Positions 22,501 through 37,600 of a DNA stretch of 64,000 nucleotides are shown here, piece by piece. Source of the DNA: Azolla caroliniana (taxonomy: Eukaryota > Plantae > Polypodiophyta). The translations under genes were made by a program, and so were the position numbers. The notes under the pieces were generated by a model. It was not told the DNA's origin, made no database searches, and was given only the letters and a program-made list of their open reading frames with translations. Location: the NCBI GenBank assembly GCA_043228905.1, contig JBHGNT010000015.1, forward strand, positions 18,910,001-18,974,000. The letters are read 5' to 3'. Position 1 is the first letter of the stretch. Each line of letters starts with the position of its first letter.

Positions 22501-22814
22501 TAGATGAAATGGCTAGGCTCATTTCTAGGACACATTTGACATCAGCTATTCTTTATCTTACAGGATAATGATCTGACAGAATTTGATGAATCAAGAGAGA
22601 TAGTGCAAAGCCTGGTGGATGAATACAAAGCTTGTGAATCAGCAGATTACATAAAATGGGGCATGGAGGTTTGTTTTACATTCTGACGATTTTTTGCTTG
22701 GTGCAAGAGTGCTTATGCATGATTTTGGTTATATCATGTATGATGACTTCTATACAGGATTCCACCAAAACTTTGTCTGGAGAGGGGTCATTAGACTTGA
22801 GCATGGTATCGTAA
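15954..22814 (+). CDS. TUBG: Gamma-tubulin, 11 coding exons, about 470 aa
   Basis: Exons 15954-16082, 17110-17310, 17712-17823, 17914-18314, 19794-19847, 19929-20033, 20128-20202, 21634-21678, 21798-21926, 22564-22668, 22758-22814 splice in frame: [58 protein letters not shown]. Confidence 0.97.
18631..18720 (+). mobile_element. SINE fragment (tRNA-like head) in TUBG intron 4
   Basis: ATGTAGCTCAGTTGGTAAG...CAACCCCT...AGTAAATTAG aligns by eye with the reverse complement of 11555-11645. Confidence 0.5.
18830..19053 (-). mobile_element. LINE reverse-transcriptase fragment in TUBG intron 4
   Basis: [13 protein letters not shown] motif followed by a decayed ADD-like motif. Confidence 0.65.
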
Positions 22815-25800
22815 ATACTGCAGAGATTGCTTTGACCTTATCAAATGTTTAGTTGGTTAATGATATCTGGATAAATATCCTCCTTGCACATAAAGGTAAT
22901 ATTGCATCATAAACCCAATATAAAGTCCGTTCATACTCCATGACTTAAATTACGGTCTTTAAACTTCACTGAAAGAAAATGTTTTGGATTTAATTTTTCA
23001 GTTATATACCCCTAGTGGTTTTCTTCGTCCCAGCTCAAGATTATTGATCTTACCATTGCTGAAAGATGATGTTTTGGGTGTACAATTCAGATAGATACCG
23101 TTGTGATTTCCTTCAGTTATCGAAATTGATGACATATCTTGCAAGGTTTAATAGTCGAGTGCAAATTTACATCCTTTAATATAGTAAAGAAAAACAATGT
23201 GGATCATGCTCTGTCCAATACATGTAAGCTTATATAATTGGTTTATTTTTTTGATGTTTTTTATAGTTTTCCAATAAATAACAGTGAGTTTTTTGAAAGC
23301 ATGAATATGAGGTAATAACTGATATTTTTGAATCATGTATATGAACTGATATTTTGGTTGCGGTTTCTATTTTATAAGATTATTGATTTAGTCTAGGAAC
23401 TTTTGAGTAAAAAACATAAAAATATGAGAATTCCATTTGCTGCATTCTTATATTTCCAAATTAAAATGATTTCAGTTGTCTGGATTCCATATCTTCAATC
23501 TTTCAGGCAGTCTACAACACCTAATTCTCTAAAGTACACAAACATGGATTATTTACTCATTGAACTGTGAGGTAATTGGTCAGGAGCAGTGGTGTTTGAT
23601 AACGCAAAGGTATAAAAGCTTCATTAGATCGTTGGCAAAGAAAAGTGTAAGGAGAAATTTAGTTCATGCACACATAAAGTGCTTGATGCATGAATTGTTG
23701 ATTGGTTATTAGGACAATAACCACATGTTATAATGTTGCATGTCACATGGGCGGTGATGCAATTTTTGTCAAGGATTTTCTTATGTTGGCTCATAAAGTT
23801 AGTTTTTACTGTTCTTTGTTTGTTGGGGTATGGCATTTGGTATCGTAGGATTGGATGCCAATCGATAAGTGTGTAGGGCATTTACTTGTGTGCTCCAAGG
23901 ATAGGCATGTTAGAAATTTTAAAGTAGTATCTGCATTTTCTGTGCAGTAATGTGAAGATTGCCTTAGGTCTCTCCTTTATTCCATATAGAGGTATTTGGC
24001 TTGTTGAGTAATATTGGTAAGTTTGCACAAATTTTACACTCCAATATATGTATGTATGTATACAAATTAACAGTTGGTTCTTGACTTGGATTGATCTAGG
24101 CTCCTTTAGTTAAATTATTGATACATATGATGGGCTCATCAATGTCAATCTTGTGAAGCCATGTCAATTGTGTGTATGACATCAAACTAAAATAATGATA
24201 TCCTTAATATGGCAAATGCATGCAAACATGATCACAAATGTAAATTATGATTATTGTAGTGAAATAACATCTAACATAGTGCTCAAGACATGAATGCACA
24301 CCCATAAGCTTCCAATCATGTGATGTACTTGCAATCATGGATCTATAACAATATGTATTGCAGAAATAAAGGTGACTTTGCTTCATGTGTCCCTTTAACT
24401 AAAATATCGACAAGGTTTAAATAAGACGACACACTTTACATGGCATAAGATCAACTATCTTGCTGGATAGAAAGGAGGTGAACATGCACATGAAACAAAT
24501 TGCTTTAAGGTCAATATTTTGATGCATAGAAGCTCCTTTTCGCATGTTGGGAATTGGCTGCTACTAAGTTATTCCTTTATTACATTGGCACATGACCTAG
24601 AGTTCTTAGATTATTTGTTAAAACACATCCCTTTCAATGGCTCCGAAGTTAGAGACCAAAGATAATTATGCTTCTATTGATTAAACAAAAAAAACTTGCA
24701 TAGATTAAAGGTTGATCTCATCCAGCATTACACTTGAGATTCTTAACAATATATTTATTTTTTGTTTGTATATGTATGCAGTATGAAATGTTGATGATAT
24801 GGGAGCTACCAATGAGATCCCTAGTAAGAGGAAGAAAGTGCATTGCCCAATTATGAATGACCATTTAATAAATAGCTCATCGATCTCATCTATATCCAAC
24901 TAATATATCAATGAGATAATGTCACAATATATATAACCCATTTCTTTCAATTAATTATTTGTCATAGCTACTAGTTAAACTCTTTTGAGTTAGGCTATTT
25001 ATTGGATCTTTCACTTATTCTATATGCTTTATGTCTAAAACAAAAGTATATGACAAGAGCAACCTAGGAAACACAATGACAAACATTTTCTATAGTCAAT
25101 TTCTTCTACAAGGACAAAAGTTGCAGAAGTTGGATCCAAGATGTTTCTTCGAATCAACATGCTCTAGAAGTGTGGGGTGAGTTGTGACATGAATACCATA
25201 TCCTGATTTCTTTTTATTGGGTATTGGGGTTTTTTCATGAGGTTGTCTTGACTCTTATTGCACTAAAAATGTCAAGCTTGTAAAGGGCTAGGGGCATGTG
25301 CATGTTTATGACATTGAGTTCCTCACATATATAACCATTTTATCATAAAAGAAAACAAAAATGCACATGCACACATATCTGCAATTTATTATAAGAAGTT
25401 GGGTTACAATTCAAATACAAATGTTACATTTACATTTGCGAATGACTTCCAAAAGACTTATACTTGAAGGTAGGCATGTTACTATCTAAGAGAAAAAGTG
25501 CAAATGAATGACACATCAAATGAAGTGTAAACATTAAGAACTATGGAAACTCTAATGAAGCTTGCTTGTTAGTTTCACTTGAGATGAAGCTAACATTGAT
25601 ACTTTTGGTCCGATATTTATTATTTCAACTATAGAAGTTTTAGCCTTTTGTTTCTTAGAACTTCACCCACCAAACTTTCAAGTTTTTCCAAATGTCATAT
25701 TTAGGTTACGTCCAATATTTTGAATAAAACATAATGTGTGCACATGATTAGTATAAACAAAATTTCATAAGAGAATGTTTGTCTAGACTCGAACCAAAGT

Positions 25801-27949
25801 ACCATATAAGATATACAAAATCATTTATAGTGAATATCCTATCAAATGATTCAAAAGGATAAAACTGAGTATACAAGGTCGGCCCTTGTGAGAAACATCA
25901 TAAGATAGTTAGTGTGAAGAGATACTATGCATGAAATTGTCTACTAGAAATAGTATGTTATTTTTATTTGATGTTAAGGTCATTTTCTCTATCTTGACTT
26001 CATCTTGCTTATGCCTTTTCAATATTCTATTAGAAATATAACCAACACTTATATCAATGATCATTCACAATAAATCGATTGCAACATGACAAAGAGAATA
26101 ATAATAATTTAAGCTTCAATGAAAACAAATAATCATAGATTTATTGCAATGTGACAATGAAAGAAGAAGGACGAAGAACCAATGTTTTTTCTCTCACGGA
26201 TTGCATTGAAGCCAAGTATAAGATTGTAACCATCTCATCAAGTATTTTATCATCGAATCATATGGTAAAATCGTTGATTTAGAATGTGGTCGATATATAA
26301 TTTGTTATAGTAAATCCTAAAATCATTCGCCTTGATAATTTGAAATCTTATTTTGAAAATTCATCTGCGTATGGCAATTTAAATTTTTATTTATAAAAAG
26401 AAAGGGGGGTTTAGGGTTTAAAATTGAAATTTTGAAATATGTTGCTGCAAGTAGCAAAACTCAAGAAACTCGACAAGGATTTATATTTCTCTCTAAAATA
26501 CAAAGACTAGAAATTTTGCCAATACCACTATCTAAATAATTGAGTTACTTGAACCAAATGTATTGTTGTAGACGGATTATGGTGTTAAGGTAATTATGTA
26601 CAATACATGCACTACATCTGTGATTCATATACACATATATGCAAGCTCAAGCGAGTACATAGCCAACCTTTCTCATAATGGTTTTCTAGTTTTTGTGTAT
26701 TTAGGTTTACAATATGATTCCCAATTTGTCACATGTCCTTTACGATCATATCAATTGATCTTTGTTCATTTACATAGTCAAAATTTTAGGCACAATTGAA
26801 AATCACTTTGCTTAGATGCAACCAAAGTATTTCGTTTCACATTATCCCAAACATGCGACCAACTTTACTTCCAGTTCAAGCAACTCAAATATTTTTAGCC
26901 CAACTAATTTCACAACCATCATTTGTGAATAACACATTCTCTTGTTTCTCAACAGGTTGAACAACTTAGAACAAAATTTTGGCACATTGAGGCACAAACC
27001 ACACATCTATGAAGTTCTTAAACTATATCATTCAGCATTTGAACTTCAACATCATCACTTCCTTTACTGCAATATAAAACATATCATTTTCCGTGTAATT
27101 GCTGAAGCATAACATTTTAGTTTTTTAATCAAATAAATAAATATCATCCTCTAGTAAATCAATCTACCATATATCATCCACATTTTTTGATGTGGTTGCA
27201 ATTATCACATCGTCATTGTATGTATCGTGTTCATCATAACTAATTGATGGCATTTCATCTTCTGAAGCAAAGAGATCTTCCTTGACAAGGTAATGAAACT
27301 CCTCTCATGTGCACATATTATGATAAAAGAGATCACCGTGTGCAAGTTAAAAATTTGTAAGAAGTAATTTTGCCTCGGAAGATGAAATTCCATCAATTGC
27401 TTATGATGAACATGATACATAACAAGTATAGTGTTGCATAGTACTTTTTTGGATCTTCCTTGACTTGGGTAAATTTCATTACTTTCACAAACAAATTTGT
27501 CCACATTCAACACTATTCAACCACTTTCTCCACCATTTTCAATTAATCCACAATTTTTCGTTTTTGCTGCATAATCCAAAACATTTATGCCTTTCTCTAT
27601 CGCTATATTCCACACATATTTTACTATTATGCACCAATTATTGCAAATCCCTAGATATTTCATTGATGAATATGTTTTGCATTATTTGTATATAAAAGTG
27701 ACGTGTTTCAAGAATATCTCGAGATAAAATCCATTGTTGAAATCCATATAATAGAAACGTAAAAGCTTTTGAGTGGTATAGTGAATATATTGAAGGTCAA
27801 TTTGGTGTCTAAAAGAGAATTGAAAGAATGAGATACATAAAGCCGTGGTATATATACTCGTAACTCCCAAGATGAAAAGAGTAGCTGAAAGAAAAAACCG
27901 GCCTATCTTAGGGTGTGTGAGAGCCGTGATATTTAAAAGGAATGCTCAA

Positions 27950-30050
27950 AAGGTGTTTTGGGCAAATGCATGCACTATGGAATAACATTGATTACCAAAA
28001 ATGCCAATAACAATCATTAACAACAATACTCTATATGAAATTTTTTTGGACGAAAGCCTAGACTCTAAAAATAACAATTTAAAAGTGTTTGGATGCGTGC
28101 ATGTCACGTGCACGTGCATAGACAAAGTTGGAATAAATTTGATGGAAACACATTAAAATGTATTTTTCTAGACTTTGATAATATAAAATCTGGATATTGA
28201 TCCTACGACATAGAAGCCTGGAGGCAAGAAAGTCTATGTTTCTCATTCGTGATGTCAAATTGCAAATACACCAACCACAAAAAGTTGTTGAAAAGAAAGA
28301 CGAAAAAAAATCACACAAAGAAGAAGAAGAAAACTTAGATTGAGATCATGGGGTTGTGTTTGAACCACTTACATCACAAAGGGTAAGAAGATATGGACAA
28401 ACTAACTTACCGTTTACTTTTTGTAGAAAATGGTTTGCTATGCAAAAAAATGAGCGCTATATTGAAACAAGTTCAAGTGAGGATATATATTGTACGGAGA
28501 AAAAGGCGAGAAGCCACGTAAGAAGAAATGGATGGATTAAAGAAAAAACACTAGATGGGAATTGGTGCATAGAGTTCATGGCCAGAATATAACTAGTTGT
28601 AAATGGATTTATAAGGTAAAGTATAGTTTTGCTTGAATAAATTATTTTTTTCCAAAAAAACACTAATTCACATTAGTTAGCAAATAGTAAACAGTAGAGA
28701 TTACTGGAATCTACAATGGGATCAACATATACAACTCGGAGGAACAACTCCAAAACTATCAAACAAAAATAGCAAAAACTCACACGACCCTTAACTCCAA
28801 CAAAACTGAAATAAAGCTCATTTTACCCCCGACTCTACTTCTCCCAACTAACTCTTTTATAACAAAGTTATCCGGGTAACATGACTATACTAACCCACTT
28901 GTGCTTGAGCTACACATACATAATTACAACCCATGTACAATATTGGGAGCCATCGGCGGAAACAACCACCTAGGCGCCTGGTAATTCCACTTAGGCCTCG
29001 ACGAAGATTTGACCATCATGGGAGAACCACCCCATTTAGCAAGAACTTTGACCTTGCCCTTTATGCTTCATCCGATCCCCCCTGAATCGAGTCATACCAT
29101 TTGCGCAACCAAGCCACACGCTCAAACCAGATATTTAACATCACCTCCCCACATGAGAGCTTTTGCTGCTGAAAAACAAACTTACAACTCCTAATCTAGA
29201 TATGCCAGACTGATAAACACACCACCATAAGCCAAATCTCCTAAAAAAATTCAGAATTTGTGTCAGGTCTCACCCCATCACATTGGAACACGCTACCACC
29301 CTACACTATAAATCCATGTCCTTGTGGGTTTAACTCTTCCCCCAACTTTCCCCTTTTAGAGACAGTCCTTGTATGGAGCCCCACACAATGTTCCCATTAA
29401 TTAATTGATATAAAGCTCAATTTGCCAATGCAAAGGGCCATGAACAATTTTGTGGTTTTAGATTGTGAGGAAACATTCACACATGTTGAATAAATGTTTA
29501 TTATAAGATCTACAATTTCATTTGTGGTCGGTCATAATTGAAAACTTTATAAAACGGAACTTAGACGTACATTTTTCCATGTGGTCTATATGATTTTACA
29601 TCCATTGAACAAACACGAGAATTTACATATACGGGTGTGTGTATACATATGGATGAAAGGTAAAGAAAGTTTTATATGCATTTGAATAAGGACCTTGTGC
29701 TATATACACAAGGATCATGTGCTCAATTCTACCATGTACGTAAGCTTTGAAATGCTCTTTGTATGATTACATCATTGCCAACTTTTTGTGTTTAAATGTA
29801 TGTGCATTATTGGTATGGGGGTTTGTTAATCAATGGGCTCATAGCAAGGACGATATCTGCTAGTGCACCTCTTCTAGTAGTTGGGAAATATCGCTGCATA
29901 CCCTTGTTTAAAAAGTGAAATTCCTCATATTGAAACATATAACTGATAAAGTTATTACTTGGTGTATAGTTGAAACTTGAACATTCTTTTAAGAAAAAAA
30001 AAAGTATACAAAATCCAAGCTTCAATGTAATATGATTGTTTTATGCTAAA
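27950..30050 (+). mobile_element. Highly decayed copia pol remnant, interrupted at about 28680-29400
   Basis: Fragments LKVFGC, RDV, WELV, SCKWIYKVK and later DCEETF-like RT motifs across frames. Confidence 0.5.
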
Positions 30051-32700
30051 ATTGGACTTTCACGTTCATTTTGGACCCTACTCTAAAATTGATATTAAAC
30101 GCTCATTTTCATATTAAAATTGGTGTTACAAGTATAATAATTTGAGACAGCATTTACAAGGTATGCAATCTAGTTAGAGTCATTATAAGACATTGAAAAG
30201 AAGTTATAAAGTAAGTTCCAACTTTTTCTTATCTATCGCCTAGTCCTATACAAGAGAATGGTAATGAATTGAAGGTTGCCTAGTCCCAGACAAGAGAATA
30301 GCTATGAATTGTGTGTCAGCTAGATGTATTATCACACATGAAGGTTGTGATTCGTGTGTAAAGGTAGCATGTTCAACTTTCAACATTAGGAATATTGCAC
30401 GTTTTATAAATAAATGTTGCGATACATGATTTGCTCAGTATTGATTTTCCTTGGAAATCAACCAATCCCCATGGAGAGAGGTTTGTTTCTGGTACTTGAT
30501 AATACACTAGCTAAGACATGTGTTATTTGTTATAGGCAAGATAAAAAGAATTTAATCCCTTCTATGCTTCTTGATAAGGTGAACCAATAATCAACTTACA
30601 ACAATAGGCCTTTTTTTGGAAAAAAAACAACGATGGGCCTTTTACTAGGGCAATGTTGCAAAAGAACCCCCTCTTTTGTATTGTTCAAAATTCAAATTGT
30701 ACATTCACAATAAAACATACCATATGATATATTTGTAGAGCTTGAGACACAAAGGATGATTTCTTATTCATGTGGGCAACACATTTCATATTTGCTTGAG
30801 GTTTCACGATTAGTGATAACACTCTACATATGTGACACCACCAAGATTAAATATACCACATGCTGAACAAAAACATAACAAATGAGAAGTTGTGGACAAG
30901 AGGGTAGCTCAGTTGTCGAGGATGGTAAAAGAATTTCATAAATGGAGCAACCGTGAACGATTACCTAAGGTTCCTATCAAGGGATTCAATATTTATGATA
31001 TATAAATGCAGTGTAAATTTGTTCCACGCCTATTTATATAACAAAAACAAAGACAAATGGTTCTATGGTCTAAAGTTGATGACAAAAGTGCACATGTTTC
31101 AATACAAACTACCCATTCCGTACATGATAATCTCTTTTGTTTTTGTTTTTTGTTCACCCATCTAGGATATGTTAGTCCTACCCCATATAACATATGTATC
31201 CTTTATTGATAAAACATTAAATGGATTAGAGAAAAGGCATGGAAATTAATCAAGGTGTATTTGTTATTTTATGATAGTATATACCTTTTGTCGAGTATTT
31301 TACCAGTTGATATATTGAGTTCCTCATATTTAAGAATTGATAAACCCATGTGATGGTTGATCTCCCTCCATATTATGATGTAGATTTCCAAGACACTTTT
31401 TGTCGGCTGTTTTTTCTTGGTGAAATGAAAGCTTGGACCCATGGCAATACATTGAAGTCTATTTTCCCATTTGTTGCCTAAAAACCATATTTTTAAGGTC
31501 CAAACAAACATGAAATCATTATTGTGGTGGTGTAAAACATATGGCGACCCCTCATTTTTGAAGAATATATCTAGTATATGTACTTCAAATTTATAAGAAC
31601 CAAATTGTGTAAATGTGTTGGACCTTGCTTGGGGTCCAAAATAGATTAAGGTTGCTCTTATTCATCAATTATAAGAATTAGACGAAACGGCGTTATCTTC
31701 TAATTGGGTCATCCCACTATTTTATATATATGTATCAGTATGTATGACATGTAAGTTTGCCTTCATGCAACATGTAGGTCCCTAGAGAATACCAACTAGC
31801 CAAACATCATGGTTAATATATTCCTACGATTAGACCACATGACTTACCAATGAGAGGTTTGCCAAGTTTCTATCCTCTAGGTCCCCCAAAAGATTAATTT
31901 GATCATTTATGCACATTGGGGAATATGTAGACTAGATAAATATTTGCATTAAGATTAAGTAAGATGATTGCCCTCCATATAATCATTGAACAACGTTGTG
32001 CTCAAAAGATTTTAATTGTTAGAATTTAAACATGTGGGGATGATAAATGTGTTTCATGAATTGCCAAAAGGCCACATCATTGATGAGCTTATGATATAAA
32101 AATAAGTTTGTCTTCATGCAATGTGTAGGTTCCCAGAGAATATTAAACTAGCCAAACATCATTGTAAACATTTGTACGAGAGACCAATATTATATGATGC
32201 ATCATGCTAGGATTTACTAACAAATGCCCTAAATTCCTTTACAATCTTTGTTGATGTCCAATTGAACAAATACTTATTTTGCCCACCAACTAGCAAGTTC
32301 TGTAAACTAATATAAATCAATATCCGATGGAAAAGGTAGGTAATTAGCAATCACTTTCAATCATTGTTTGGACCTCATTTGCTCACATGGGCTTAAATAT
32401 TTTAGAGACTCCCCGTATCGCAATACGACACTATTAAAACAAGGGCCCAAAGTGTGAGCTAAGCACGAAATTTTAAATAAGTTTCAAGGATATACTCATA
32501 GCACTATGCACACTCAACATCTACACTAAGGTTATGGAAAAGTGAGATGTAACAAATATGGATTGTATGCTATCTACATCGACACTTAATGCGCTACTGT
32601 ATATACAGACGATCGGTCTATTCATGACAAAGATGCATACATCATTTAAAAGTATTCTATTCTATATATCTTTGTAAGCTATGCCCTTTTAACAATACAC

Positions 32701-32731
<31 letters not shown>

Positions 32732-32779
32732 AAACTTGTCAATGCAATACAGGAGAAATTCAAGCAGAAGAATATAATT

Positions 32780-34395
32780 ATGAGGAAGGGTTTATGGTCT
32801 CCAGACGAGGACGAAAGATTGACAAGATGCATATCTAAGTATATGAATGGCACATGGAGTGACATAGCCAAGAAAGCTGGTATAGATCACATTGGTCCAT
32901 CAATTACATTGGTTCATTAAGTGTGTAAATTAAGTAGATTATGAATAATGTTCATTGAGCATGCCAGTATTACTGCTCCTTGAATGTGTGCATTAAGTAG
33001 ACCATGATTAATGTTTATTAAGTGGACTATGGTTAGTGTTCCATTAAGTGCATCGCATGATGATTAGTTTCCAATTTTATTATATGTTCATTAAGTTGCT
33101 TTGAATTACTAGACTATGATTAATTGCTAATTTTGTATGAACTACTAGACCATGTTTAATTGCTATAGGAATTTTTCGTTAAATCAAACTTGACACTTGG
33201 GGTTTAAATCCCTACATGGGTGTGCTCAACTCAATTCGACTAGTGGATTGTGATTAGGCTTTTTAAATTCTCATGCATACTAAGCTTCAATATGAAATCA
33301 ACTTTTGCTATTATCAAAATGAAGAGTAGCTACAATATCCCATAAGAAATTTTACTAGGCATTTCCTCATTTATACATGATTCATAAATCCAAGTTTGAC
33401 TTGATAATGTTAACGTACTAGGGATTGATCGTTGTGGGAAGAGTTGTCGAAGGCGATGGATGAACCATTTGAGGCCGGATTTGAAGAGGGGACGATTCTC
33501 ACCCATGGAGCTACAGAAGGTGGTGGAATTGCACAAAGTCCTTGGCAACAAGTAATTATATATACTTGGCTGTGAAGTTGGCCCAACCACCACCTATAAT
33601 CATCAATATTGACAATATATTAAGTGTGAAGATTAGTTTGCTAATTTTCAATCTAATGGAGGACACTCTCTCATGTAAGAGCTTTAATCAATGTTAATCT
33701 TATCTAGAATGTGTACACTCATTAATTAAATGTTCCTACGAGGTACTAGATGGTCCGAGATAGCGATGCACCTTGTAGGACGAACCGACAACGATGTGAA
33801 GAATGTGTGGAGCACCCAAATCAAGAGACATTTAAACACATATTACAAGGTGAGTGAACGAGGAGCGAAATCGGATGCGATTGAAGGAGCAGTTATGGCA
33901 TCTACCATCCCAGAAAGTTCCTTGTGCACACACAACAATGTGATCACCAATAAGGTTGACGAGACCACCAACATTAGTGGTGTAGGCAATTTTGCTCCAA
34001 TGCTATCGACTAATAAACAAACCATGTCTCCTAGAAAAAGCCCCTTAATGGGAGATTACATGTTGCAAGATGCGGTTCTTATGTTGCCACCGTTAATGCC
34101 AAGCCTTAGTTCAAGTGTGAATGAAGTTGATTCATGCACAACCTCTACCGAACCTATGATGAGCTATGATCAATCTAGTTCAGATAAATCAATGATCGAT
34201 ATCGATTGGATATTCATGAATAGCTATGATAGCTATTCACAATCTGAATCCTTAGTGGACCGTCATAGTTTGGTTCCAGATTTATCGCCCCAATATACTA
34301 ATGCATGGTACACATGTGAAACCCTCGACTTGGCCTCCACAGGCCATTTTGTGCCTGAATGTTGGACATTTGATTCTTTGGTTGTGGATCTTTAG
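32780..34395 (+). CDS. R2R3-MYB transcription factor, 3 exons
   Basis: Exons 32780-32879, 33422-33551 (canonical 130 nt) and 33750-34395 give [14 protein letters not shown]...[24 protein letters not shown]...[24 protein letters not shown]. The start is uncertain; an upstream exon via the AG at 32752 is possible. Confidence 0.9.
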
Positions 34396-34661
34396 TACAT
34401 AGTGATAACAACAATTCATTTTTTCTAAGTTAAATGTTGAAACAAAGAGTACACCAATATCCCCCTTGGATAATGTAGATAAATAACAAATGGCATGCAT
34501 GTAAGTTTCACAAAATGGTGTTGAATCTTGTTTTTGTTGTCTTTAACTATGAGATCATCTTGTCCCTTTAGATGAAGAAATAGTTTATGTAAATAATTAA
34601 GAGTTTGTTTGTAACTTTAAAAAGCACTCGATGACCCTTGAACCTTAAGTAGCGTGATTAT

Positions 34662-37600
34662 TGAAAGAGTTTCACTCCGATTCGAAATCAGAGATTGAAC
34701 TTAGACGCAAACAGAAATAAGAAAGAACACACAATTTACGTGGAAAACCCTGATTTGGGGAAAAACCACGGAACAGAGATTTCACTATGAGAAATGACAG
34801 AATACAACCACAGAACAATGAAACCTGATTTGGTATGAGCATATACTGAAACCACGATTTCAGTCAACCTCTTCAAACTCTAGCACGCATGTGACTATTC
34901 CTTTCGAAGCTTCCGAAGCTTCTCTGTCTTTTTCTCTTTTGCTTCACACTTCTTTTCTTCTTACTTAGCTTCTGAGTACGTATACTCTTGCACAGCCACT
35001 ACTGTGCAGAAAACCAGTCGTTCTCAGATTCACCACGCACAACACAACCCGTTTTTCTCTCAGATATATATATATATATATATATATCTCACACCCTCAC
35101 ATACGTTATGTAGATTTTCCCCCCTTTTCTCACTATTTCACTCTTAGTGAGTTATCCCACATACAGGCGCACTACCAGGCCTGTCAGCATATATATACTA
35201 GGTCATTTTCTTCTTTGTATGTAGAAGACATATGTATATGTATATGTGTGTCAATTTGATTGAGTACGAATTTGACTCTCTCACCGAATTCGATCAGCTA
35301 ACCCCCGATTCGGTTCTTTGCAACTGACTATTCTTTTGCTTTCCGAATTTCGACCAAATTCGGTAAATCGGTTTTACGGCCGATTTCAATAATTCGACTC
35401 TTTTCGGCTTTTCGGCCGATTTCGACCAGTCGACACTCAAGTCGACTTTTCGGCCGACTCCCCCGCAAGGAGGGACGCCTTTACACAACAAACTCCCCCT
35501 TCACTCCTGTAGGGGGAGAACCAACCAAGCCAATCTTATTCCGGCATGCAACAAGTTTTTCCATAGGCAAAATTTTTGTGAGCATGTCTGAGCCATTTTC
35601 TTCAGTGGGGATCTTAGATAGAACAAACTCATTTTCTTCCACTCTTTCTCTTAACCAATGGTACCTTCTTTGAATGTGCTTTGTACGAGAGTGGTAGGTA
35701 GCATTTTTAGCTAGATGGATAGCACTTTGGTTGTCACAATGAAGTAAGTACTTGTCTTGCTTCAATCCTAGTTCATTCAAGAACTCTCTCATCCAAATAA
35801 GTTCTTTTCCGGCTTCCATTGCAGCCATATACTCAGCCTCGGTGGTAGACAAAGCCACAACCTTTTGCAATCTTGATTGCCATGACACAGCTCCCCCTGA
35901 ATACATCATCACATACCCTGATGTGGATCGGCTAGAATCTACATCACCCGACATGTCAGAATCTGTAAAACCTTCTAGTACAGGTTTCCCGGAGCCATAT
36001 CTAAGACATACATTCGAAGTTCCCTTGAGGTATCTAAGAATCCATTTCACAGCTTCCCAATGCTCCCTTCCAGGATTTCCCATGTATCTACTAATTGTCC
36101 CGACAGCGAATGCAATGTCCGGCCTTGTGCAAACCATAGCATACATAAGGCTACCAACCGCAGAGGCATACGGCACTCTTCTCATCTCTGCCTTATCTTT
36201 CTCAGATTTCGGACATTGTCCTGAATTTAACTTACAGTCCATTGGCAATGGAGATCCGACTGATTTTGCATCGCACATATTAAACCTTTGCAAAACTTTT
36301 GTCACGTATTTCTCTTGTGACAGCCATAGCAAGTTTTCAGTCCTGTCCCGGACTATATGCATTCCCAAAATCTGTTTTGCCGGTCCTAAGTCTTTCATGG
36401 CAAATGATTTGCTCAATGATTTCTTCAAGCTTGCAATCTTTTTGACATCCTGCCCAACAACCAACATATCATCCACATACAACAACAGAATAAGAAAGTC
36501 ACCCTCATTATACCTTTTCACAAATACACAATGATCGGCTTGTGTTTTGTGGAATCCATGTTCCAACATGAAGGACTCAAATTTCTTATACCATTGTCGT
36601 GGAGCTTGCTTTAAACCATACAAGCTTTTCTTCAACCTACACACGAGATTTTCTTTCCCTTTTACCTCAAAGCCCTCCGGTTGTTGCATATAGATTTCCT
36701 CTTCTAGCTCACCATGCAAGAAGGCTGTTTTAACATCTAGTTGTTCGATTTCAAGATTCATACTAGCTGCCATACTCAAGACAGTCCGAATAGAGGTCAT
36801 TTTTACAACTGGGGCAAAAATCTCATCGAAGTCAACACCCTTTTTCTGTTGGAAACCCTTTACGACGATACGGGCCTTATACCTGGGTGTACTACCATCT
36901 TCACCAGTCTTTAATTTGTAGACCCATTTGTTTCTAAGTGCCTTCTTACCATCAGGCAACTCCATCAACTCATAAGTTAGGTTCTCATGCAAGGAATCCA
37001 TTTCTTCTTGCATGGCATTATACCATTTCTCCTTGTGTGCATCAGTCATGGCCTCTTCATAGCATTCTGGTTCCCCTTCATCAGTCAAGAGAACATATTG
37101 ACTGGCTGGATATCTAGAAGAGACCTTCCTTTGTCTTCGTGGATATCTTCTCCCTTCAATAATTGGCTGATGGCCGTTTTCTTCCAGCAACTCATCTTCC
37201 GACTCAGACTCGTGTGTATCAGTCAGATGTTGGGTGTCGACCGACTCAGATTGTTGTTGGGTATCGACCGACTCAAATTCAATTTCATTAGCCGATTGTT
37301 GTGTGTGAGTCGGATCGACTAGTATTGACTCCATAGCAGTGATCGATTTGGGAGACGACTCTGGTCTTTGTTGCTCCCAGTCCTCGATTGTCTTGTCTTC
37401 CATGAATATGACATCTCGACTTCTTATCACTTTCTTGTCAAGGAGATCCCACATTCTGTACCCGAACTCGTCTTCCGAGTACCCCAAGAATATACAAGGT
37501 TTGGACTTGCTGTCCAGTTTTGACCTCTGATCTTTAGCAACATGTACATAGGCCAAACATCCAAACACCTTTAAGTGCTGATAAGACACATTTCTCCTTG

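Noticed and set aside
24400-27700. Possible decayed copia or transposase sequence
   Set aside because: Only faint motif traces; cannot be assigned without a profile search.
31752-32162. About 60-bp imperfect direct repeat 351 bp apart
   Set aside because: No TG/CA ends, PBS, PPT or TSD, so not supportable as a TRIM.
32681-32692. Upstream in-frame ATG for the MYB
   Set aside because: Immediately closed by a stop (ATG CCC TTT TAA).
35752-36534. 260-aa plus-strand ORF and similar plus-strand ORFs at 1-8700
   Set aside because: Antisense shadows of retrotransposon coding sequence or GC-rich repeats, with no recognisable motifs.
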